From Zancudomyces culisetae HAW-14-8 (taxonomy: Eukaryota; Fungi; Kickxellomycota): a DNA stretch of 64,000 bases. A program made the position numbers and the translations under genes. Below the pieces are notes generated by a model. The model was not told where the DNA came from and ran no database searches. It saw nothing but the letters and a program-made list of their open reading frames with translations. The stretch lies in the NCBI GenBank assembly GCA_052426225.1, contig JBNJNM010000006.1:2542001-2606000 (forward strand), read 5' to 3'. Shown here piece by piece: positions 50,792 through 61,930 of the stretch. The stretch's first letter is position 1, and every line of letters begins with the position of its first letter.

Positions 50792-50880
50792 GTTTAGATT
50801 ATAGATTGTTTTTATTTTTTAGGAACTGTTTATTTTCTAAATAAATTTTTTTTCTACCGAAAAAAAAAAAAAAAAAAAAA

Positions 50881-50893
50881 TTAGTCTAGCATG
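50881..50893 (+). repeat. Target-site duplication, right copy (ttagtctagcatg)
   Basis: Exact match to 45113-45125. Confidence 0.93.
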
Positions 50894-53800
50894 TTGTCTT
50901 TTCTAAAACCTTACATTATCTTGACAGGTTGTTTTTTTTTGTCCAGTATGACCCCCCTACACCACTTCCCACTATGTACTAAACTAGCCATCATAGTATT
51001 TTTTTAGTCTTCCTGATTTAGTCAACTCCAGGGGACATCGTTTAAAGAAAAGTTATAGAAAGGGTTCAAGGCATTTTGGACTAGACTTTATAACCTCATA
51101 TAGAAAGTTCAGGTACGATTATTCAGGTGACCTGGGTGAAAACTCAACATGATTTAAGGTTGTTGGTTCTTTGTCACAATCATTGGAATATATTTAATTG
51201 GCGCAATTTGCGCAGGTGTTTAAAACATTCTACACAGCTTTAAATAGGCTGATATACATACCACAGAAAAAAAAACCTAGCCTTTTAAATGTGTTCTATA
51301 ACGTCTAGAGGTGTTGAGTTGTGGTTATACTTGTGAAAGGATATGTATGATATGATTGTTTCTTGTCAGCTTCACAATACCTGCGTCATTGTTTTTGTCT
51401 ACATTTTTTTCCCATAATTATGGTGGACAAAAAAAAAGAAAAAAGGCCTAACCAATACTTTTGAAAAATAACTGAGTTGGAATTATCTAAATAACATCAT
51501 TGATACATCTGGAGCGCAGACTCCCTAGTATACACAGCAATTCTTGAAATGTATGACCAGTTTTCTACTCTACGTTAATAAAAGCCCAGACTCGAGGAAG
51601 GGTTATAATCACAAGAATAGAACTTTTACACCATCTTTTCACTGCAACTTGTTTCTGCTTTTCTAAAAGTTCGGTGGATTTTGGTGATTTTACATGTGTG
51701 TACTTTCACATCCTCCAGCTGAAATGCAATCTACATGCACATTTGGTTGAATTGTTTGTATCAAGTGGGAAATAGAAAAAAGGCCAACCTTTTTTTTTTG
51801 CTGCAAAGTTGAACCTATTTATTCCTTGCTGCGATGTTTTTCCGATAGATCGCAGATTATGTACAGTGCTAGCACAAAGGAAAATATAAATCTGCGGGAT
51901 GCTTGAAAGAGGGGAGGGAGATGTATTTGACTCAATGGGTTGAAAAAATCATTTGACCCAACATAAACAAAATAAAAACGAGAGATTACGTGAATGAGGG
52001 AAAATAACAACAACTACGAAGATACAAGAGGAGTAAAAGGGAACCGCACAATCTCCATTTCCAAAACAGCTGAAGTTAATTGTTGTTTTACTTTTTTTTT
52101 CCATTTTTTATTATTTTAATTTCCATTTTTTATTATTTTTTTTTATTTCAATTTTATTTCAATTTTTAATCTTTGTTTTTTTTGTTTTTGCTTATATTCT
52201 TGCTCTCATTTTCATATGGACGCCCAAGTTTCCAAGAATCAAAAAAAAAAGATATATGGTTAAATCTGGAAAGTTGTGATGAGTGAATGAGCTGATAAAC
52301 AAAATCATGGCTTTTTGTGTTTGCCCAAAAATGCTTCGTTGAATATTCACGTTTTTATACACATATTTAGTGTAAAGTTCGAGTATTTAGTAAGGCACAA
52401 AAATGAAGCATGACTTTTATCAAGTAAAAAGTTTGCAAAAACTATTTATTGGTACTTTTATTTTTCGTTCTTTCTCCAAATTCCATACATGACCATTTTT
52501 CCAGGATATTCCTTTGACTTTTTACATTCTCAGAAAAAAAAAGGCTATGAAGGAAAGGGTTTCAAATTCTCGTATTCATGCAAATGTTCTTAAAAAGGAA
52601 TGCGAAAGAATCGCCATGACACTGCGTCGTCACAAAACATTTTCTCGCAAAATCCCCCCACCCCTTCCTCTTTAATCAAAGAACCTCTTAGTTTGAATTT
52701 GTGTAGTGTATTGTGATACCAAACTAACCCTGTTTGTTCTTGTGCTGTTATTGTTTTTACTGTTTACAAACCAATTTTCGTTTTTTTAATTAACTTCATA
52801 GCCTTCAATAATAAAGTGGTAACTGCTAATTATATTCTAGAATTGGTCCTCATTAAAACCAATTAGGCTAGAAAGCTAGTAAATAGTTACCATAATTGGT
52901 CGAATACTAAGCATTTACTGGTAGTATTTTTTAGTGCATTTGTGACCACAAAAACTGTTTTTGTAGATACCAATGTCTGCTAATGCGCTTGCATTCTAAA
53001 ATACTGAAATTTGCTAAATTTGCTTAATCATTAACTTAGTGAACAATGAGACACGCATAAAAAAAGGCATCACAAGAACAAACCAGGCTACTTGAATACT
53101 TTTACTCATTATTTGGTTTATACACTTCCCTTAAGAGAAACAAGCCAACCTAAACACGAGTTCCCACTTTTCACTCAGAGCTTATTTTTTCTTCTCCAAA
53201 ACGAGGAAGCAAAAGGCCAAATAAAGTTTGCAAGGAAATCAATATAAAACATAGGAAAAGGTATAAGAGATAGTGCTTCAACAGATATGTTAGGCACTGG
53301 TATAATATCCTTTGCTTTTTGTTTATAAAAGTATATTATACAACTAAATAATATATGCAAAGATATACATGTACATGTATACACAAGCTAACATTATACA
53401 AAAGTATTTATCAGTATACTCGTTGAGGTTTCTCGTTGGATTTTGCGTTTTGAGGTTTGAATTTTGAGGCTCGGGTTTGTTCAACTAGTGAAAACAGCAC
53501 GTCATCAAAGTAAGCGACTATACCGGACAGATGGAATAAGATAGCAACGCTACAAGTGTTTTCAGGTAGGTATCCGTTGGTATTCAGTTATTCACAGTAT
53601 ATACACCTTAATAGTAAAACATTCGCTGTTATCAAACGCAATATCTTTTTTTTAAAAGTAAAAAGTGGGCGGAAGTTCATAGTACTTATCTGTTGTTTCG
53701 GAAGTCTGCTATTTATTCAGGGTACTAAACAAAATGATAAGGTTGGTGGATATGCCCACTAATAAAGCGGAGGGAAGGAGTGGGTGTGTGGGTGTGTGTG

Positions 53801-54496
53801 TGTGTGTTTGTATAACCATCATGATTTTTGGTTTGTTGATTATATCTCTGGTATTCAAAATTGTAAATTATATTTGGATGAAAGGATAAATGTCTCTTTT
53901 ATAGACGAGGTTATTTATAAACGAAAATTCTGTAGGCGGGGAGAGGGGAGGAATTGGAAGTAGTAGAAATGGGAGAGGAGAAGGATAAAGTAAGACGTAT
54001 AACTAAACCATTCTGGATATCAACATTTGTGCATATTTGCAACATTTACCTTGCTTACAGTGCCCGTTTTCATCGTTGTGTTTGTTTTATTGTTCCCATG
54101 CAAAATATACCTATAAGCCTCTAATTATATACACGTGTACATAAATGTATACAAATATATATATGTAAAAAACCCTTAACGCCAAACCAGTTGAATTGAT
54201 ACTAAAAATCGAGTTCTTTATAATCCAATATTGTCCCACTATGTATATATAATATATAAATAACACATCTGTGTATTATAATAGTTTATACCAGGAAAAG
54301 AGGGAAAAAACAAAAGGATCGGTGGATAATATTAAACGGATCCATAGTTACTCTGACATAGTAAGCTATACAGCTCGAAAAAACAGGCTAGGATACATAC
54401 ATAATAAACAGAAAAATCACTCTCAGCGAACTTTATATTTTGTCTTTATGCATAAGGGAAATAAAACTTTAATAACTCGCAACTTATAAAAAAACA

Positions 54497-56320
54497 ATGG
54501 AATCCAAACGGAAGTTGGAAAAGGAAGAAAATGTATACTACTTGAAAAAGCTAAAAAGAGAGGTATACGAAAAAAACAACGAGAAAAACGTTCAACTCAA
54601 ACTTGCTCGTAGAAATACTTTCGAAATTTTACCAAGGTTAAAAGTTTATAAAAAAAACGAGCAAGGTATAGTAGGAACATATACCAGCGAGTGTTATGAA
54701 GCAAACTCGGTTGAAAATCATAAGCGGAATAAAACAGATAGCCTCATCTTTGGTTCGAAAAGCGGTGGAAGAAACGTCGTCGGTAGCACCCATAAAGGGC
54801 AAGTCGATCCTTGCAAAAACACAGATGTGATAAATAGGGAAGATAAACATGGGTCTTTTGGTGGGTCCAGCTATGCTGCAACTTTGGTGAAAATAGAGAT
54901 GGGCCAGAGACAAAAAATTAGCTGTGATGCCATAGAAGAGCAAAGAAAAATGAAGGTGTTATGCGAGATTGCCTACAGAATGCTAAAAAGAATGTGGGGT
55001 GATAAGGATGAGCATGAGGGACTTAGCGGTGAGAACAAAAATAATCGTGCATACAGAACAGTGTGCTCTTTAAGAATATTTATACATGAGACATTGGGAA
55101 AGTCTAAAATTGACAGCAAAACTTTGGAGTTAGGACTATATTATTTGGCAAAATCAAAAGGACTGGCCATATCAAGAAAATACAATAGCGAAAAATCCGA
55201 CCAATTCGGACACCACACTATGTTCTCTGTTCCGCAAAATACCCCACAACAAAGAAGGCCGAATACAAACTATACGGAGGTCCTTAAAATAGGAGGTACT
55301 GACTCAACACCCGAATCATCTATTTCCTCAGTTGAACTCATTGAAGGTAAGATTGATCCTTTCAAAAGAACAATACCAATACCTTCAAGAGAGCAAGCAA
55401 GATACTCTTTACCAAGAATCAATGTGTCAGCCAGAAGATATACTGATACTGATGTGAAAACCATCAAAAATCAGGAAAGCATGACAAATTACCTGTTGCC
55501 GTATAGCAAAGATTGGGTTACTCGTAGAAGCATTGATTTAAACGAGGATGAACGAAGTTCAGGTGCCATTCCCAGCAACTACTTATCCAACATGTCGTAT
55601 CTTGAACACTGCAATAGTATTGGAGATAAAGATATCAGCGGAACAGGCATGTTGAAACGTATAGCTAGCAACAGCTGCGAAGTTGGCTACCTTAATGAAA
55701 ATTCAGCAGATAATAAAAATTCATACTGGAATGGTCAATATCACCAGGGTTTATCTAATACCAACCTGCATCCTTGCTCTGCGGAAATTAAACTGCCTCC
55801 AATCAAAAATATTTATAAAGGCTGTGGCCAGTCATATATTCCGACAGTGGCGCCAAAATACAAAGACACGCACTATTCTTCCCTATCGTTATGCATCAAA
55901 AATTGCTGTCGGCGGATGTTCGTTGCCTCGATAATTTGTGCGTCTAAATATCTCATGGAGAAAGCCAACCCCAACTCTTTTTGGAGTGAAAATGTTACTC
56001 GCTTACCAATAAAAGAGATCAACAAAATTGAAAAAACCTTTCTGGCATGTTTGAATTATAACCTATACGTTTCTAGCGTTGACTTTGGCGAATGGACATC
56101 TAAATTATATTCTCCCGGTTTTGAAACGCTATTTACATCACGTCCAGATCCATCTTTGACATTAGAAAAAGATCAACTTCTTAAAGGCGGTATTAACACC
56201 ACAGGCGATCTCGATAGCAGCAGCGGAAACAATCGCTACTACCACACTTACTATGGTAGTGGTGGAGATGTTGGTTTCTGGACAAAAAAAAATGAGGCAC
56301 CAAATGGTATATCTTATTAA
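54497..56320 (+). CDS. Pho85-type (Pcl5/Pas1-like) cyclin with a split cyclin box
   Basis: First half LRIFIHETLGKSKIDSKTLELGLYYL and second half CCRRMFVASIICASKYL...FWSENVTRLPIKEINKIEKTFLACLNYNLYV, separated by about 250 aa of low-complexity sequence. Confidence 0.8.
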   Translation: MESKRKLEKEENVYYLKKLKREVYEKNNEKNVQLKLARRNTFEILPRLKVYKKNEQGIVGTYTSECYEANSVENHKRNKTDSLIFGSKSGGRNVVGSTHKGQVDPCKNTDVINREDKHGSFGGSSYAATLVKIEMGQRQKISCDAIEEQRKMKVLCEIAYRMLKRMWGDKDEHEGLSGENKNNRAYRTVCSLRIFIHETLGKSKIDSKTLELGLYYLAKSKGLAISRKYNSEKSDQFGHHTMFSVPQNTPQQRRPNTNYTEVLKIGGTDSTPESSISSVELIEGKIDPFKRTIPIPSREQARYSLPRINVSARRYTDTDVKTIKNQESMTNYLLPYSKDWVTRRSIDLNEDERSSGAIPSNYLSNMSYLEHCNSIGDKDISGTGMLKRIASNSCEVGYLNENSADNKNSYWNGQYHQGLSNTNLHPCSAEIKLPPIKNIYKGCGQSYIPTVAPKYKDTHYSSLSLCIKNCCRRMFVASIICASKYLMEKANPNSFWSENVTRLPIKEINKIEKTFLACLNYNLYVSSVDFGEWTSKLYSPGFETLFTSRPDPSLTLEKDQLLKGGINTTGDLDSSSGNNRYYHTYYGSGGDVGFWTKKNEAPNGISY

Positions 56321-56327
56321 TAAATAT

Positions 56328-56400
56328 GCCCACACCTATACCCATACCTATACCCATACCTATACTCATATCCATACTCATACCCATACCTATACCCATC
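56328..56400 (+). repeat. (CCTATA/CCCATA)n degenerate hexamer microsatellite just 3' of the cyclin
   Basis: cctatacccatacctatacccatacctatactcatatccatactcatacccatacctatacccatcc. It explains the spurious PIPIPI and YTHTYTHT ORFs. Confidence 0.8.
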
Positions 56401-56721
56401 CATGTGTATATGCATGTGTATACACCTGTAGTTGTGGTTGTGGGTGTGGCCTTATCTGGTATAACATTAGTGGTTGACTTTCTTAGATTACGCATTTTGT
56501 TACCTGTCACCCTCTAAATAATTTTGCCTTCTATATGTGCAAAAATTAATAATACCCCTTAACACCTAAAAAGTACTACCCGACCCAAAGTGGTGACTAA
56601 CCTAGCAAATATTAAGCTAACTAATCAACCTGTCTTGAAGTTGAAATGATTGTGTAATTTTATGGTTTTTGTCGATTTTTTGTCATGAATAAAAATATCT
56701 ATGTTTTAAACGAAGCTTTAC

Positions 56722-58815
56722 TCAAATTTTATATATGTACATTGACAGCGAGCTCAAGATGGCAAGCTCGGATCCATTATTAATTTGTTGTAGACCACAA
56801 ATCAATTCGTGGTCTGCTGCAGCACTTGTGCTAGTTGAACTTGAATTTGATTCGTACTCCAGAGGAAATTCGATAACATTGTGAACTAAGGTGTCCGCAG
56901 TATTGTCTACGCAATTGTAAATATATAACCTTTTGGATGATTCTGAAATTACAAAATAATCACAATTGTTGTTGTCCACATACACAAATTTCTTATCCGA
57001 TTTACTGGCCATAACAAAACCCAGTGCATTTAGGGTTTTGGAGTGGTTCCAGGCAGTAGTACTATGATGGCTTGGCTTTGGCTCGATCTTAAATAAAATA
57101 CCATCGACATCATACTTCAAACAAACATAATTGCTATTTTGTCCTGGTGATCCAAAGGATGTGCACAGATAATCCATCCCGCTAGTATCAACCACTTGGT
57201 TGATATTCCCGTTTTCTTCATCAATAATGTAAAAACTTGATAATGTGGTGTTATAATCCACAAGATCGTCAAGCTCCGACATAAACTGGTTCTGTTGATT
57301 ATAAAAATAGTCAGCGTTTCCATTGCTGTAAAAGGAATCCTGTTGCTGTTGTGTACCTCCAGAAGCTGTAAACTTCATAAGTGCTTCCCTTATTCTAGCA
57401 ACTTCAGCTGGATCCATTGTTTCACAGGTTTCATCATCCCGCTCAAACACCTGAGGCCACCGCATATATACGCCCGCTTCATCTTGATCCTTCACAATAT
57501 AAATCACCAGTATACTGTTATCCTCTATAGTCCAGATACATTGACTTGGCATCACGTGCCCATAAAGGGGTTCGTTGTCTAAGTCTAGTACTAGATCTCC
57601 ATTATGGCGGCATTTTAGCGTTAGTTTTTTATCCTCAAATATGCACTCTATGTCATTTTTTGTAATTCTTATGAGCCTATCCAAATTTTTAGGGACATCA
57701 ACCGTTAAAATAACAACTCTGTCTTCCTGAATCCAGGTGTATTGTGGAAAATGCGCTTCTTCGTCTTTTCCACAGCATTTCTTTCGTTTTATCTCTCCTT
57801 CCCATATTCCAGTCTCATTAGCATCATAGTCTAAAGAAAGATGGTGTTTTCCGACACTTTTATCACCCAGCTCGCTTTCATCTTTTGCTTGTTTGTTTGG
57901 AGCTACTAGCTTTGGACGGGTTTCGGTTCCAATAATAAAATTATGTGCAAAAGTATTATTGTTTGTACTACCATTACCATTACCATCGCCACTCCTCGCG
58001 TCATTGCCTACATCTGTCACATACGAGAAATATTCAGGAATGTTTTTAACTCTTAGCCCATATTTCTTCCTTAATTCGATTGTTATAGGTGTTTTTTCTG
58101 GGGTTGTTTCTGATATCTCTTCAATGGCTACCGCATATACTTGGACTTCAAAGCCACCACTTTCCTGTACACCCGTATGTAATCCTGCTTGCTTTGTACT
58201 CAAATTCGCCTTATCACATATCACGATATTTACATTGTTTTTAATAATTTTTGCGCCCAAAACGGTAGGAAATGTTAATTGATCAGCTTGATTCGCTTGC
58301 TCATCGTGTAGTACAAGTTTGTATCTTATCCTATACTCATGTCCATGCTCCTCATCACGTTCGCTTTTTGCTGTATATCGTTCAATCAGATAAAATGTCC
58401 CAATCCCGTCAAATACTAAAATATAGGTCCTAGATAAGCTGTGTATAGTTTTAAGTCCCAATTTTTCTCTTTTGACATCGATCCTTGGTATATCTATCAG
58501 CTTATCGATACGATTTCCCCCCTCCTTTGTTCTTTCATATTTTAAGAGCTCGTTTGCATCGTTTATAAACAGCAAAGAATCGTTCTCATAGCCGCAAAAT
58601 AAATTATTGAATTGTATACGTGTTTGAACCTGGCTACTTGAAAAAACTCCAGTTGGATTGGCTTCTGGTACAGGTATTTCATATCCCGCTTTTCTGAAAT
58701 CCGCCACTTTTTGCAGTTTTTCGTTTTTATCCACTAGCTTGAGTTTGTAGCCATTAAAATCTGGATTCAATTTATTTCTATCTATTCTTAATTTCGTTTC
58801 CATTTTGCCTAACAT
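56722..58815 (-). CDS. NUDCD1: NudC domain-containing protein 1-like (CS/p23 domain co-chaperone)
   Basis: 697 aa. LNPDFNGYKL, CS domain YTWIQEDRVVILTV...CIWTIED...WPQVFERD, ETMDPAEVARIREALMKFT, DVDG, NALGFVMASKSDKKF. Confidence 0.82.
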   Translation of the reverse strand: MLGKMETKLRIDRNKLNPDFNGYKLKLVDKNEKLQKVADFRKAGYEIPVPEANPTGVFSSSQVQTRIQFNNLFCGYENDSLLFINDANELLKYERTKEGGNRIDKLIDIPRIDVKREKLGLKTIHSLSRTYILVFDGIGTFYLIERYTAKSERDEEHGHEYRIRYKLVLHDEQANQADQLTFPTVLGAKIIKNNVNIVICDKANLSTKQAGLHTGVQESGGFEVQVYAVAIEEISETTPEKTPITIELRKKYGLRVKNIPEYFSYVTDVGNDARSGDGNGNGSTNNNTFAHNFIIGTETRPKLVAPNKQAKDESELGDKSVGKHHLSLDYDANETGIWEGEIKRKKCCGKDEEAHFPQYTWIQEDRVVILTVDVPKNLDRLIRITKNDIECIFEDKKLTLKCRHNGDLVLDLDNEPLYGHVMPSQCIWTIEDNSILVIYIVKDQDEAGVYMRWPQVFERDDETCETMDPAEVARIREALMKFTASGGTQQQQDSFYSNGNADYFYNQQNQFMSELDDLVDYNTTLSSFYIIDEENGNINQVVDTSGMDYLCTSFGSPGQNSNYVCLKYDVDGILFKIEPKPSHHSTTAWNHSKTLNALGFVMASKSDKKFVYVDNNNCDYFVISESSKRLYIYNCVDNTADTLVHNVIEFPLEYESNSSSTSTSAAADHELICGLQQINNGSELAILSSLSMYIYKI

Positions 58816-59262
58816 GTAACAGTAAAGCTTTATTCAAATTGAAGTATAATAAAATGGTTCAACTATATGCTAAGGCTTTTCATAAACAATTTGCCTAAAA
58901 GCTTAGGTTTATATGCTGTTCAAAACTTTTGTGTGGCTATAAATCCAATGAAATTAACCAATCTTATTTAGTTTCGCCTAGATTCGTGCAGTAAAAGTAA
59001 AATCAAGTTGAATGGAAAAAAGCAAAAATTGGGCTAACAGCAATAATCGTGGAAAAAAAATTTCTGTAAGGCCAGTTTACCTGTGATCGTAGCTGGTTAG
59101 ATGGGCAATATTTTTTTAAAGAAAAAACTTTTTGCTTCATAGTTTTCATTCCCTTAATAGAGCCTGCTATAATCAAAAACATACTGTTGCCTGTTGTTTA
59201 ATACTCATCTAAAGCAATAAAAAAGCTCTTATATTTCTAAACAGTAGTGCGGGAAACTCAGG

Positions 59263-60429
59263 ATGGAAAACAACAACCAAGGAGCGAGTGGGGACGCAGG
59301 AAAAAATGTATCCAAAGTAAAAACAGAGGCGTTGGATACATCTTCCTATTCATATTCCCAACGACTGGCAAGTGCGAAAACGAGTTCAACAACGTTTGGT
59401 GGTGCTCAAAAAATGAGATTCATGCCCAAAGCGCCCGTTAGAAGAGTCAAACAGGAAAATTCATCATCCCTTCTTTTAAACCAAGGCGTTGACGAAAATT
59501 CCGGTTCAGCATATGATGGTGCGGGCGAAGGAGGGGGAAGCAGGGGTAGAGGAAGGGGTAGGGGCAGGGGTAGGGGTAGGGGTATAGGTAGAGGTGGTGA
59601 AAGGGGTACAGGGAGAAGAGGTGGGTTAAGAGGTAAAGAAAAATTTGTGGAAGTTGTATCAGGCCCATTTGCTATGGGTCCTGCTTCCCTAAACTCGTTG
59701 AAATCGACACGAAGAGACGTAGTAGATGGTTCGAACGCTGTAGTATGGAAGCAGAGCGCGAATAAACTTTCAGCTGTGCTTACGAGTCAAGATGACCGAG
59801 ATGATCTGGAAAATGATATATTTGATAGTGGAGACGAAGTTTCTGTTGAGGGCAAGAAAATGGAGCCAGTAGTGCTTTTAACAGATCAAAATGTCGAAAC
59901 AACTACTGATATTGCTCTGGGTATTAAAGCTGAAACGGAACTCGAGGCCGAACTACGGCGCGAGGACAGCGAAAGATTTAGAACAAAAGACATTATCGAG
60001 GCAGCTAAAACCAATAACGAAATCTTTCTTATACAATTCCCCGACTGTATACCAAGATATGTTGGATCTCCTGAACAAAAGACAGTTGATGCAAAGACTG
60101 ATAGCATGCAAGTAGATTTAATAGAGCAAAACGATGTTAAACCGGATATCTCAGGACAGAACACGGATGGTGGATCAGAGAAGCAAGCAGAAAGAGCACC
60201 AAGTGTGGAGGGTGCTGTAGGAAATGTATATGTACACAAGTCAGGGAAAGTAGTACTGGAGATGAGTGGTATAAAAATGAACTTGACTCCAGGGACCGAG
60301 TGTCAGTTTGCTCAGCAGTTGGTTGCCCTCGATATGGAAGGAAAAAGCTTATTTTCTTTGGGAGGTATCAAAAACAAGCTGATTTCTACTCCCGATATTG
60401 ATTTCCTTTTTTCTGAACTTTCTTTGTAA
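59263..60429 (+). CDS. RPC53: RNA polymerase III subunit RPC4 (Rpc53)
   Basis: MRFMPKAPVRR, RG-repeat tract, SGPFAMGP, IFLIQFPDCIP, C-terminal EGAVGNVYVHKSGKVVLEMSGIKMNLTPGTECQFAQQLV...LGGIKNKLISTPD. Confidence 0.9.
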   Translation: MENNNQGASGDAGKNVSKVKTEALDTSSYSYSQRLASAKTSSTTFGGAQKMRFMPKAPVRRVKQENSSSLLLNQGVDENSGSAYDGAGEGGGSRGRGRGRGRGRGRGIGRGGERGTGRRGGLRGKEKFVEVVSGPFAMGPASLNSLKSTRRDVVDGSNAVVWKQSANKLSAVLTSQDDRDDLENDIFDSGDEVSVEGKKMEPVVLLTDQNVETTTDIALGIKAETELEAELRREDSERFRTKDIIEAAKTNNEIFLIQFPDCIPRYVGSPEQKTVDAKTDSMQVDLIEQNDVKPDISGQNTDGGSEKQAERAPSVEGAVGNVYVHKSGKVVLEMSGIKMNLTPGTECQFAQQLVALDMEGKSLFSLGGIKNKLISTPDIDFLFSELSL

Positions 60430-61930
60430 AATAAAAAATATGATATATAAGCTAAATTTTAAAAGAAGACTGTTATAATCAATTTCGATACGATAGCGGA
60501 CATTTTAAACCAACCTGATAGAAGTTCAACTAAGAGTTCAGCTTGACAGAGTTATGTTTTGGATGTATTACCTGAAAATATAATATAGCTGCGCTGTACA
60601 GCTATAAGTAACTAGACCATGTAATTGACCGATCTGTTTATTTGTCTGATTTATGGAAGGGCAATGGGACGTAGTATTTTTTTTTTACATATCTGAACTA
60701 TTTGCTTTTTGAACCAAAGAGAAGAAAAAAAGCAAATTGTATCAGCTCAATTATTATTGAGGATGTGGACTTTTGTGTATGCGGTCTTTATTAAATAAAT
60801 CGTGTGTGTAGCCTTTCTTTTTGTTTAGAACTTACAATGATGTGGTATGTGAAAAGTCCTGATAAAAAATGACCAAGAATCAACCTGTTTTTGCTGATGA
60901 GAAATTCTCTTTGTTCATGCTGTGTATCCCTGTGATACTGTAATACCATGATTCTTTTTTTTAGAAATATGCTTGCTATCCATGTGTCTATCCTTATAGA
61001 TCAAAAATATCCTTGTAGAATTGAAATATCTTGATTTGCAATAGAATAGATCGCCCACGCCTGTATTTACTCCGATTATATTTTGAAACAAGAGAAGCCA
61101 AATTTCCCAAATTCTTGGTAATTGCAAAACGAAAAAAAAAGAGAATAATTGGCAAATTAGCAATGAAAATGGCTTTATTGTTAAAGCTGTTTTATCCAAG
61201 CCACCCCAATTAAACTTTCAATTCATGATAAAAGCCAAGAACAACAAATCCAAAGTCTAATAATAATTATAAAGAAATAATACTAGCGATAGTATAACAA
61301 GGATATCAAAAATCCACAACGAAGCTTGGCAAAAAAGCACACAAGAACTGTGCAAAACAAGTCAACTCTTTTCCTGCCTTTATTAAACGGAAATTGAAAA
61401 GCTGGGCGTGTATATTAAATTTAAATCCACTTTCTGCATTTTCTAATTCTTGGCATGGTTCTGAAAACTTGAATAATTACACTAAAATCATTGTAGACAA
61501 AGAGTGGAGGGGAGAAGTTGGAAAAGGAAAAAACAAAAAGTACGTTTGGAATAAATGAAATATTTACGTCTCTGAACTTTTGATACCCGAAAAATTTCTA
61601 GAATTGGTTATTTCAAAGGTTCGAGTAAACGATATTGTAATAAGGTAAAAAGCTTACTATGCCATCTAGCTTGTTAAACATATAAATGTGCTGATAACGG
61701 ATGAGGTGGCCATAGGGATCAAAAAAGAGATTAAACACCAAAATTTATGGGTAGCTTGTTTTTTAAATATATATAAAAGACTCCAAACACTAGGTGGGAG
61801 TATATAAAAAGAAGTAGTGATATAGTATAAATTATTTTGCACAGCTTATTGTACTACTATCACTTCTATGTCTTTTTGTTGAAATTGAATTAGCATAATA
61901 TTAAATTACACAATGAACAGTAGATACACA

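Larger units (their letters stand above)
45126..50880 (+). mobile_element. Full-length non-LTR retrotransposon (LINE), about 5.75 kb, apparently intact
   Basis: Flanked by an identical 13-bp direct repeat ttagtctagcatg (45113-45125 and 50881-50893). 103-nt 5'UTR, ORF1, ORF2 (APE-RT-CCHC), 68-nt 3'UTR with AATAAA (50840-50845) and a 21-nt poly(A) (50860-50880). Confidence 0.96.

Noticed and set aside
53364-53381. 18-bp perfect palindrome tatacatgtacatgtata
   Set aside because: It is built from alternating purine/pyrimidine low-complexity sequence common in this genome, with no TIR or TSD context.
56193-56517. ORFs with PIPIPI, YTHTYTHT and GMGMG repeats
   Set aside because: They are translations of a hexamer microsatellite in the cyclin 3' region.
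59533-59635. RG-repeat, G-rich tract inside RPC4
   Set aside because: It is a coding Arg-Gly low-complexity tract of a type common in nuclear proteins, not a separate element.
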